From the NCBI GenBank assembly GCA_009859145.1, contig VRVR01000051.1:64549-128548 (forward strand): a DNA stretch of 64,000 nucleotides, in the 5' to 3' direction. Made by a program: the position numbers and the translations under genes. Of the stretch, positions 17,801-26,172 are shown in pieces (the stretch's first letter is position 1; each line of letters starts with the position of its first letter). The notes below the pieces were generated by a model. It was not told the DNA's origin. It made no database searches and was given only the letters and a program-made list of their open reading frames with translations. This stretch comes from Andalucia godoyi And28 (taxonomy: Eukaryota; Protista; Jakobida).

Positions 17801-17880
17801 CTCCGCTGGTTCGAACTGAACGGCGACTGGCCCGAATACCGAACCCCCGGCCGGACAGCCGAAGACGTCGAAAAATGCAT
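11890..17880 (-). CDS. Giant type II membrane fibre-like protein 2 (divergent paralog of 5106-10229)
   Basis: Pro-rich N-terminus, TM helix (HALLVLMTLYLIGLSVFSIVVL), long beta-repeat stalk, modules DGRIGMGTTSP, SANVGINT and AGRVGVNTASPSKNLHVVG, and C-terminal TVPFSTTFARPPVC domain. Confidence 0.85.
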   Translation of the reverse strand: MHFSTSSAVRPGVRYSGQSPFSSNQRSEDRVRLPPPLLPPLRRIPDPLDVDRAGDLYSLPFIPPPAPPKYVDRDIRSVAASATSPFGSTIRNPLLPHGSENIIDHGRHEILHSAIPPFPPFPPFPPFRPRPDSASSTSTSTSSASSSSVKRVIPWAHALLVLMTLYLIGLSVFSIVVLSEGRWMFDIDVDGTIEMDSLEASDGAESHTLVSRGVSEFKGDVTVVGAATAASGIVRLGPSLTTSVHADPQHPGVSSAASEQKVAVLGQVDVEGMAIIQSSEGLQISSLLTVSNVSSQTTVDQSHVAVTGEWTVGGDAVIRAERSEFTDLAIQVQGSVNVEGLAVLNASAFQAGNIQVNHTLLVGDTLSVGESVSVESVLSYSDVVSEIRGDVRSSAGLAVSLRGSMHMQTVGSQDPLSFVGLIAATGKLTHGLDINGTASFSSLRTKRLIADNNEIISISRFLDFPSGNLSIHGWLFSDSILGSNVSLIVNEGVACRNCRLSGSARVTSAASVGGSITVSGLATFGNLYLVGGLNMLTSSSGAHYIGSARVQDTLRTTAINARSFMFNGSLHVLGDVVVGNLTTISGAIHVSSTILVDEDFIAGSGLRILDGVSATVGSMVLEATPLSLSILGNEVSIGVLQVNESLHSSGSIDVQGPFSFGRRMMSNWAVFQASVDVAEAVEVSQNLEITESLNANGTVFVKGDIFVSELLSLESLQFSTYSGNSVLNVANVLHAECASVVVNRGAFLKSAFVLQGLEVTGSASIDGVFSTGLLNISRDAFASSINASGMLTVNGNMSVDSVVTAMSDAVFDAPVNVTSVTSTSSLVVDSCLTVSQHAYFPFGTSLLDGGLTVKNNMLVNGAMYVQGAAQVQVLGLLQVMKSLSLTASVLNASSSPFLLLGNLVANTSLLRSFSTRVSGCLDVRGTLYLSNYGLTTPFDILVDPLGVASAPQILVHNSSLIQGAVYAGTNATVLGELAIGGSWNVTSSMYSSSSITLDQALVVGKGVVAKNISSLGAVTVGGALNVSRLVSLGGIFLNGSASSVSTMTCSDSLLVRNQLLVNSSTRIGGRLEVGKNVNVLGSLTAQFVNVSEGVEVFGGVYASSLRVLGAFLSAGSFVAENAISVADVFAINNSIFSKTGITVYGDISARDGSFEASLRVAGKVHVNGTLHTTAQVSVAGALVVDGSVFVAGNLSVGSSSLVFQNNVSISNSFHVESANFEMTGNSQDGFASLSSALRLHQRVMYIDAPFFEFRSDNMTPILFDDFLKIRLTTGHRSVHFDPNIENKGLTLHVDSSQVSIGFPDTYVPRGDLDVAKPIVIGNVALSDSTGTGARLDLTYGSLLAVSTFPGNYRLLISPNGSAVAEHTLDVDGDVMVRNRLSVEGGLRIDNREYGKFVDAAGISIWVDKNSPWGDRNTTSYRLGDTADVAVFSTVPFPSGSPVRSVLSIHKGKQVVINGLSTSSTDYMFEVYGTGAVLREHVVTNGSLVFLKNSRVGTLIDGFPSQDGFRIESADPTHRSCVIRKTDAAGGAPDGRIVFIATNTIGTVELLSLDGPSANVGINTAGLTLGYPLVVNGDVRVRNQLIIGEKAFSYLEGTSEMLKVFRTSELLQDMSFRTRLASSFGSLVAPITVYEQTSGSFVFATTYAVDDSTTSHMVIRQDGRIGMGTTSPDAGYILHVVGNVRGTQNITIHRGSLISHSPSVILQHHASSVLDFLFSYESASDTYTMKTTGASSWIEFGSSAIVVRSNGAVTFGSSAVPSNMVLVDGTFRTQTSIQLVTYAYFSAGSSAFTFLRCPTRFSASKDASSNVVFQTVSGSNGFEFRNFDVVSLSVNDQAGRVGVNTASPSKNLHVVGGNTYLDSSSIDLLDKVSVNIASQTMVESAIAADGASSVRFLIIGTPFAACGSGSLADSTYSFGGYAGFSGSYSCSGARLTVPFSTTFARPPVCSTSLDHGYFAQPHPGTSSLDLYLRTYQFTAASWSAYSGNINVHCIAAL

Positions 17881-18689
17881 GCACTGGAAAATGGCCGCAG
17901 TGCAGAAAAGGCAGCTTTTCTTTGTCTATCGGATGTTGTTGATATGAAACAAGCTACGCATGCAGAGCTGGAGAACAGCCATTCGGATTGTCGATATTGC
18001 TGCTTCTTCCTTTCGTTTTCTTTTTCTGCTCGGCAGGATCGGCAAATTTCTCTGGTGTTTCCCGAACCGATAACGATTGACAGCTTTTTGTATATCAACA
18101 TCGAACGTCAAACAAGCAAAACGTCATGCCAGTGGAGACGCGATGTTCCTACCGTAGTCAAGCCTAGTATTTCTTCATTCTCCAGTTCATTTTCTGTTTA
18201 ATTGTGTTTTTCATAATCGAACCCTCAAGCAGCACCTTTCATCAGAGAGACAAAACATGTCGTGGCTCCAAAGAGGGATCTTCCCGACAAACTCAATCCG
18301 ACCATGCCCGAAGATGCCGAGAACCAAGAAACCCGTTGATTCCCTTCTCGTCGCAACTTGCTGAGCAAGCGGATGATCATCAAATCACGAAGATGTGATC
18401 GACGCAACCCTTGAACTGTCATCCCCGTGTTTTAAATCCGTTTTTCGTCATCGCAACAAGATGTTCTGAAACACTTACGTAGGGCGATTTTTCCCCACCC
18501 GATTTGCACGAGTGATCCGAAAAGAAGTACGGTGCTCCAAAGCCAGGTGCTTTGGAAAGGGGCGGCGTGCGCAAAGCTGCATTGTATCTGCACTTCTTTT
18601 TTACTAATGTCTCTACAAGAATGCCAAGACGATTGATCCGTAGGATGGATTGTCATGCAACACTGCGATAGTCTCAATGAGAACTAATT

Positions 18690-18722
18690 GGTGTGGATGC
18701 GGTGTGGATGCGGTGTGGATGC
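18690..18722 (+). repeat. 11-bp tandem repeat (GGTGTGGATGC) x3
   Basis: Directly visible in the intergenic sequence. Confidence 0.8.
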
Positions 18723-18791
18723 AGTGTATCGCAGGCGGAATGTAAAATTTAAGAAATATGCAAACACATAACAATACAAAATGAAGATACT

Positions 18792-20862
18792 CTAATTGTT
18801 TTGCAGTTGCCCAGTCTTCTTCAGAAGAACCGCGGAGAGATCCATGGTTGACACCGCAGATCCCATCGAGCGCATGTTCTTTGCCCTGCGAAACCCGGCA
18901 CCAGACAGAAGATCGCCCATCATGTTATCCATTACTCCAAGATCCGACTTCGCGGGAGAAACGACACTCGGAGAGACGACGGAAGGTGACACCACGGCGG
19001 GAGACGGCTTCGGTCCATCCGAGTCCGCCGCAGCATGGACACCGGCATCCCCCGTCTTTCTGTCCTGATCCCCATCCTCTGTCTTTGCAGATCCTTTCGC
19101 CACTGTCACGGACATCAGAGACACACTCTTCTCTTTTTCTTTTTCCTTTTCCTTTTCTTTTTCCTTTTCCTTTTCCTTTTCCTTTTCCTTTTCCTTTTCC
19201 TTTTCTTTTTCCAGCCTTGGCTTTTCCTTCTCATACTTGACGACACTGCGATCCCAGAGGCTGATGAACTCGGAAAACGAAGCGAAAAACTGCTCTGGAA
19301 TCAACGATTTGGGATCCTCAGCAAAAAAGTTCGCAACATCTGCAATCCTGGAGGTCATCAACGCATTCATTTCCTTCACTTCTTCAATTTCTGTTCTCGC
19401 ACGAACCTCAAAGTCACGCATGACAGACTTAAAGGAATCATCTTCACCATCGTAAGCACTCTGCTCAAGTTCTGTTTGCAACATTCGCAGTCCTTTGTCG
19501 AGCTCGGCGATCTCCGTCGCAATATTGGAAACCACAATACGCTTTGCCTCTGGAACTGCTTCCAAAGAGGAGGCCAGTTTTAGAGCACCGGGGCGCGACT
19601 TTGCAGACTGAACAACCATATAGTCTAGGAGCGACAGTTTTCCATCTGCCGATTTGGTATCCGGAAGTTTTGCAAGAGACTCGATCTTAAAACCGTAAGC
19701 ATTGGCTCTGGCAGAGCCCCCATTCAAATAGTTTCCAACTGCCAATGCGATAGTCAGGAAATCGACCAATGGCTGAGAATCAAGGAGGGAAGAGCAGGCC
19801 TTGGACACTGCTAGGATCTGCGGTTTGATGTCGTCGAGCGCTGAATCCAAACGACGCTTAAAGCTCCAGCATTTCAGCCGTTGTTCCAATCTTGGGATTT
19901 CTCCTACGGCACGCATAAACACGTCTGCTTTGCCCAAGTTCGGAATATCTTCCGATGACACTCCAAAAACCAGCTCGCGCTCCTCGGGTGTTGGTACAGC
20001 TGGGATCAAGGATGTCACGTCGGCGGCGGACAATGCATTCTCATCCATTTTCAAAATCGCTGCACGAATGCCTTCAACAGACAGGTTCCTAAATTTCGAC
20101 TGCAACAAGATCGATACGTTCTGAGATCGCTTGCCATCTAAAACACTGATAACCTGTGGTTGCTTTGGCCCAGCTGATGCAGCTCCGGCTGCAGAAGCAG
20201 CTGCTTTCTTAACCGCAAACAACTGCATGGCAAGATCAAAATCGAGAGAGACCTCTGAAAGCGCGGCAACAACCTTCTTCTCAGTCCAGATTGTCTTTTG
20301 TATTTTCGTGTTTGGAACTTTCGACCAAAATACTCCCTTCACCTCTGAAGTCGGCTTATGCTGTGGCAAAGTGGGAAGGACTGGTCCAAATGCAGGTGCC
20401 ATCATTCCAGGTGGTGGTGGAGGCATCCCCGGCATCCCAGGAGGTGGAGGAGGCATCCCCGGCATCCCAGGAGGTGGAGGAGGCATCCCCGGCATCCCAG
20501 GAGGTGGTGGTGGTGGTGGTGGCATCCCCGGCATCCCAGGTGGCGGTGGTGGTGGTGGTGGCATCCCCGGCATCCCAGGAGGTGGTGGCGGTGGTGGTGG
20601 CATCCCCGGCATCCCAGGAGGTGGTGGTGGTGGTGGTGGCATCCCCGGCATCCCAGGTGGCGGTGGTGGTGGTGGTGGCATTCCAGGCATCCCAGGTGGC
20701 GGTGGCGGTGGCGGTGGCGGAGGCATCCCCGGCATCCCAGGAGGTGGTGGTGGTGGTGGTGGTGGAGGCATCCCCGGCATCCCAGGAGGCGGTGGTGGTG
20801 GTGGTGGCATCCCCGGCATCCCAGGTGGCGGTGGTGGTGGTGGTGGCATTCCAGGCATCCCA

Positions 20863-20894
<32 letters not shown>

Positions 20895-23033
20895 AGGCAT
20901 TCCAGGTATCCCAGGTGGCGGTGGCGGTGGTGGTGGCATTCCAGGTATCCCAGGTGGCGGTGGCGGCGGTGGCGGCGGTGGCGGAGCAGCAGCACTAGCA
21001 CCAGAGACATTTGGCAGTCTTGAAGGCGACGGATGAGGATCTGCGGCAGTCGCTGGTGTAACACTCAACATCGCTGGAACCGCTGAAGCTACAACAACAG
21101 GACGAGAACGAGCTTCTGCAAGTTCTTTTCGGAGACTGTCAAGATCTACGGAAAGCTTTTCCTCTCGATTCTTGCTGTCTGCGAGGGTCTTCTGCAACCG
21201 CTCGACACTCTGCTGCAAGCCGTCGACTTGCTCTTGTAACAACCTGACCTTTTCAGCTGCAATCTCCGCATCTCGTCTCGACTTTTCCAGTTCTTCCTCA
21301 AACCGCTTCTTGCTTACTTCCAGAGTCTTGCAAAGCGACTCCGCATCGCTCAACTTTTGCTGCGTTCGCGTCAAATGTTGATCAACTTCTACTAACCGGT
21401 CTGCATCGGAAACCTGCCTTTGGTGATGCTCTTTTGGCTTGACAATTTGCGACGCATACAAATCAATACGAAGCCAATCGTCGGCAGAAGAGGAATCAAA
21501 GTTAACCAAGGTGCGCAAGAGTGTACGCAGATAAGAGGCGCTATCCGTTCCTGCCGTCCGAGTCCTAAGCCGATTAAAGAGCTCCTGCTCGTCGACAGCA
21601 TCATCCGCAGAAACCGCGCCACTTCCCAAAGCAGCTGCGAGGACGCTGCCGTGCGACAAGTAGTCAGGATCGCCCTCGTGAGACATGAGCGCATTGGACA
21701 TTTCAAATTCATGCAGCAAATTAAGACCAGTGTAAAGCTGGAAATACTCAATCTGCGTGACAATGCGTTCGGTCAGTTCGACATTCTCACAATAGCTGCT
21801 CAGAAGAGACGGGAGATCGGTTTGTAAGAGCTCTCGAACCAGTTCAAAACGGCTTCCATCGTCCGGAGCATGATCCACAAGCAAGTTGAAGAATGCGAGA
21901 CACATCACAAGATACTCCTCTGGCGCAGCATGGCCACTACTCGAAACTCGAAAGGGAGAAATGAGCAATGTGAAGCGAGATGGCAACCTCTTCAATAGCC
22001 TGAAATGCGAGAGAGCCGCCAAAACTGTCCAATATCCGTCCTGCATTACATTCAGAAACGCACAAAGAAGTTCCAACATCACTCGCTTTGCGCCGAATTC
22101 ACGAGACTCAAAAACGAGCACCAGGTTCATGACAACGTCCGGAATCATGGTTACCGCTTGCAGTCCAGCATTGGTGTTCATAACGTTTCTTATACAGTGT
22201 AAAACATTTTCAAGGTCTTTTCCTAGTTGCTGCAGGGGGGTTGGCACTGCGGCTGCGGCGTTGCTGCTTCCCGCCATGCCAGACTGTGCAGGACTTGAGC
22301 CCGAACCTGCAGATCCTGCTGCAGGCCCAGACGCCGTCCCAGAAGCAGACGCTGAACTCTGTGTGTGATTTCCTTGATGGCTTTGGGCAGCAGATGCTCC
22401 CTCTGCAACTCCAGTCGGCAATCGAAATGACCCCGTTTGGCCACCTGTTGCGGAATGCATGAGATCCGACGTGCGGGACCGCAGATTCTCCGATGTCTTG
22501 CCAACGAGATCTGGAATCAAACTGAACAGAATGTCGAGTCCGCCGCACTCGATGAACCCCATCAGCCACGTAACCGACTGTGTTCGGAGCAGCACAGTCA
22601 GTGTTTCCAAGATCTTACCTGACGGGTTCGACCGCAGTTCGTGGACTGAAAATTCTGGAGCCGGAACCTTCTTTTCTCTTTGAAGATGCATCTTGATCAG
22701 CTTCCACTTTTCCTCGGGCGACTTCAGCATCATTGCCTCGCGAGCCTTTGAATTAATCGACAACTGAACCATCAGTTCCAAGTACATTTCATCGACTTGC
22801 TCAATCGCAGGCATAGGCTCGTCACTCCCACCTGACCCTGATCCTGGCCCCGAGCCTGATCCTGATCCTGAACTTGATCCTGATCCTGATCCTGGCCCAG
22901 ACCCTGGCCCTGAACCTGCTGATCCCCCGCTGCCATGTGCAGACGACCCATGAACCGAGTTCCCGCTTCCGTCCTTCTCGGGAGTCGACACCGACTCTTT
23001 GTCATCCTTCTTCTTCTTTGAGAAGATACCCAT
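18792..23033 (-). CDS. Diaphanous-related formin (GBD/FH3-FH1-FH2)
   Basis: FH3-like region (LHCIRNVMNTNAGL), about 15 polyproline tracts, FH2 motifs (VFWSKV, LDGKRSQNVSILL, LAVGNYLNGG, GFKIESLAKLPDTKS) and a KE-repeat tail. Confidence 0.92.
19130..19212 (-). repeat. Coding hexamer repeat (TTTTCC)n encoding a KEKEKE tract in the formin
   Basis: Directly visible. Confidence 0.85.
20409..20985 (-). repeat. Coding tandem repeat of the formin FH1 domain (P5-12-G[M/I]PGM)n
   Basis: Recurring GGCATCCCCGGCATCCCAGG units with (GGT/GGC)n tracts on the + strand. Confidence 0.9.
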
Positions 23034-23473
23034 GCCAAGAACTGTAACTTGTGATAACGTACAATATAAAAAAGTATCAAAAATAAAAGAAGAGACGAAG
23101 GATATTTATACCTTTTGTTAATTAAAATTTAAAATATATAAAGGAAAACATTCAAAGTGGAATCACGCTGGAAATTTGGATTTTTTTTGAAAAGAGGTGG
23201 AATCCAATGCTCATCTGATCAATAGACTATTTACGTGTTGAATTGATCCTGCGTATCTGCTTAAGGCCTCGGGTTTTGCTTTTCTTTTTTACAGTAGGCC
23301 GGAGCAGGGGAAAATGGAAGAAGAAGGGGGGCGCGCGGAAAGGGTTGTTTTTGGTTGAATACAGACGGACAACGATGAAGACTGCTCCAAATGGCAATTC
23401 ACACAAACACCTGACGCTGACATTCGGAGGGAAAGGAGAGGATGAGGAAGGAAGCAAGAAAAGACAAAAACAA

Positions 23474-23478
<5 letters not shown>

Positions 23479-23516
<38 letters not shown>
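23479..23516 (+). repeat. (AAT)n microsatellite
   Basis: Directly visible in the intergenic sequence. Confidence 0.9.
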
Positions 23517-23562
23517 GGAAATTCGAGAGCAGCGAAAGCGGCGAGGGTGAATCGTGGTTTGC

Positions 23563-25167
23563 TCACCTTCCAGGAAGTCCCTTTGGACGCGAGATACGGG
23601 AAGACAAATCTCTGACGTTTCCCACTACTTGATGCACAGCTGCGATCCACGCATGCAGCTCCTCTTCAGACTGGGCCCACAGCACAAAGCCCGTTTGCTT
23701 GTCCCCAATCACAAATCCGTATGCCGCCGCTGCGGAAATCTTGGGATTGCCGTCGCTTGCGGTGCTTGAAACCGGGGATGGCAACGGAGAGTTCAGAGAG
23801 AGTGCCGAACTTTGGTCACTTGTTGATGATGACGATGCCGATGGTGGTGGTGACGGTAGCGGTGGTGATGATGATGCAGTTGTTGCATGGATAGGAGTGG
23901 CAGTGGGAGTGGACAATTCCGCAAGTGAATACGCATCAAAATAGTCATCGGCATTGTCCATGAGCATGTACACGTGACTTGTGGCCCTCTTCTTGATCTT
24001 TGCAATGACAACCATGTCTGAAAACAGCAATATGTCGCGAGTCTTGCGTTTTCCCACAGATGCAGTGTGCAGACTCGGACGAGACGCACGCAAAACACTC
24101 GGCCAGTCGCTTGCGGAGATTCCGCAGGCCATCTCCCCAGACATGTGCGGAGTAGAAGCAGCAGACGTTCGATACGACATCTTCGTGCAATCCAGTTCTG
24201 CACGCTTCACAAGTCTCCGGGAGGGCTGGAAATGTCGAATGAGCTTTAGCGATTTGAAGAGCTGCATTACGGACGTCGCATTTTCATAATCGCGCTGCTT
24301 CTCATTACAGTACGATGCAATGTCCTTAATCTTTTTCAACACGACGTTCAATCGCTGAAGAACCGGAGCAAAGGACTTGCCGTGAGGAAACTTCTTTTGC
24401 AACTCAGAAAACAGCAACAGATAGCGCGGAATCCTTTGCACCGGAGTAATTAGCAAGCTTTCCAATTCTCCAGAAGCCGCGTCGTCGCCCTTTGACGAGT
24501 TATTTGAAGATGCCTGCAACTGGTACGCGTGATATCGCTGAATGTACGCAATGGTCAAGCGAAGCGAGTCCACATTGCGTTCAAAAATCGCCACAATTTG
24601 CTCCAGAGCATTCCGTTGGTCATCGAGCGAGATCTTTTGAACGGACTCCAAGAGCGGTCGATGAATGCTTACGAGCGTCATGAGATCGCCGTTCAGCGGA
24701 TGCGGAGACGCGCACTTTAGCAACGCCGCAGAAAGACACGACACATATGTTGTCTCTGTGCTTTTCATTTCCTTGACGATATGCATGCAATAGTCCAGTC
24801 TGCGTGCATCCTCGGTTGGATCAACAATGCTCTTCTGAAGCTCATGAATCACTGCACGTTGGTTTTGCCGATGCATCTGATGCTGATAATCATGATCCTG
24901 ATGCTGATGCTGATGCTGATGCACTCTTGATTTGTCCGCAGCATCCATCACCACGACGTCCAGATGATCCTGTTCATCCGCCGCAGACTCGCCGTTTTCT
25001 TCGTGCTGTTGCAGCTGCTGCTTGGCCTCCTGATCATCGGATCCATCCGGCTCGGAATTCGTGAATGCAGAAAATAGAAAATCTTTGACAGTCGTGCCGA
25101 ATAGCCACTGTCTGCAGTACCATGCAGAGGCAAAGAGGACCACAGCAGTCACTGCTAGTGTAAGCAT
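23563..25167 (-). CDS. Dbl-family RhoGEF (DH-PH) with an N-terminal hydrophobic anchor
   Basis: DH motifs EMKSTETTYVSCL and LESLLITPVQRIPRYLLLFSEL; PH motifs ILLFSDMVVIAK and LWAQSEEELHAWIAAV; N-terminus MLTLAVTAVVLFASAWY. First ATG at 25167. Confidence 0.85.
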   Translation of the reverse strand: MLTLAVTAVVLFASAWYCRQWLFGTTVKDFLFSAFTNSEPDGSDDQEAKQQLQQHEENGESAADEQDHLDVVVMDAADKSRVHQHQHQHQDHDYQHQMHRQNQRAVIHELQKSIVDPTEDARRLDYCMHIVKEMKSTETTYVSCLSAALLKCASPHPLNGDLMTLVSIHRPLLESVQKISLDDQRNALEQIVAIFERNVDSLRLTIAYIQRYHAYQLQASSNNSSKGDDAASGELESLLITPVQRIPRYLLLFSELQKKFPHGKSFAPVLQRLNVVLKKIKDIASYCNEKQRDYENATSVMQLFKSLKLIRHFQPSRRLVKRAELDCTKMSYRTSAASTPHMSGEMACGISASDWPSVLRASRPSLHTASVGKRKTRDILLFSDMVVIAKIKKRATSHVYMLMDNADDYFDAYSLAELSTPTATPIHATTASSSPPLPSPPPSASSSSTSDQSSALSLNSPLPSPVSSTASDGNPKISAAAAYGFVIGDKQTGFVLWAQSEEELHAWIAAVHQVVGNVRDLSSRISRPKGLPGR

Positions 25168-25510
25168 CGGAGGCGGAGGTGCAATTTTCAGTTCGTCGAA
25201 GAGGGAGCGCACTGCCAAAAAGGAAAAGGGAGGGATGATTCGGACCAGCAATTAATAACACTTAAAGAAACAGAAGAACGAATGAACGAATGAATGAACG
25301 AACGAACGAATGAACAAGGCTGCAAAGATTGTTTATCAGCAAATTGACTCGCGACGAGTTTACTATTGCTTTCGTTCGTCAATCGGGTCTGGAAATCGAG
25401 GAGTCGGAGGGAGTCGGAGAATTTCATTCATCAAAGTACTCAACTGGGGATTGGAGAGAGGGGAAGTCGCGTACAGCAGGTGATAAGGAAAGAAAACGAA
25501 CATAGAGCGG

Positions 25511-26110
25511 CTCTTGCATTGTACACGAACCACGGACAATCGTCGCTGATCACCCATAATCAATGCTGCAACCCAACATGCATAGCATGATTTGGAAGGG
25601 GGCAGGCCCCAACACGCCCTTCGGCATGAGAGACGTTTCGAAAATAGATGTTGCGCGCGCCGTTCCAGTCGCGGTCGATCGTGCATTTGCACGATGGGCA
25701 ACAAAACACCACCTTGTTTCCATACAACTTGCGATGGATTTCCCGGCAACGGCCGCACGTTTCAGACGTGCACTCCTCCGTCACAAGTCACAATCGACAC
25801 CTGCCGCGCCGTTTTGCTTCAGATCCAGCGCCGGAAGGTGGCGGTGGAGATTGACATGGGTCTTGCGCAGCGTTGCGGGCGTGACGGACATGGTGCGTTG
25901 CATGGACAGTCGAAATAAGAAATGAGCGTCGCTGTGCGAGAATGCAACGCGGTGGCGTGTTTACAGGGATTCCATGATCAAAATGGGGCGAAACGAATCG
26001 GGCATCGTGTGACGGAGTTGCTTAAGATAACAAACGCATGCGGCATGGTGCGTGGCAGTGGTTTTCTTTGCGTGCGCTTTAGATTGCTTCATCATTTCGC
26101 AATAAGTGGC
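25511..26110 (-). mobile_element. Non-autonomous Fanzor2/TnpB-derived element, copy D, retaining zinc finger and RuvC-III
   Basis: Minus-strand ORF 25560-25784 reads VTEECTSETCGRC...CPSCKCTIDRDWNGARNIY, followed by hairpins and right end GTGTACAATGCAAG. The left end is shared with copy C. Confidence 0.88.
25560..25784 (-). pseudogene. Fanzor2/TnpB C-terminal fragment (CxxC..CxxC zinc finger and RuvC-III Asp)
   Basis: E-x-x-T-S-x-x-C-x-x-C ... C-x-x-C ... D-R-D-x-N-G-A-R-N-I. Upstream sequence contains stops and frameshifts. Confidence 0.85.
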
Positions 26111-26172
26111 GGCGATGCGCGGGGCAGAGAGTGCAGAGTATTTTATTGCTATGAAAACAGAAGCAGCAAAAG

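Noticed and set aside
18540-18740. CAGTGTATCGCAGGCG (about 18722-18737) and ATACAATGCAG (minus strand) resemble the Fanzor right end
   Set aside because: No RuvC-III remnant or hairpins in the correct order upstream; too short to support a seventh copy.
20409-20985. Regular repeat-spacer-like pattern
   Set aside because: Not CRISPR: it is the coding FH1 polyproline repeat of the formin, with no unique spacers.
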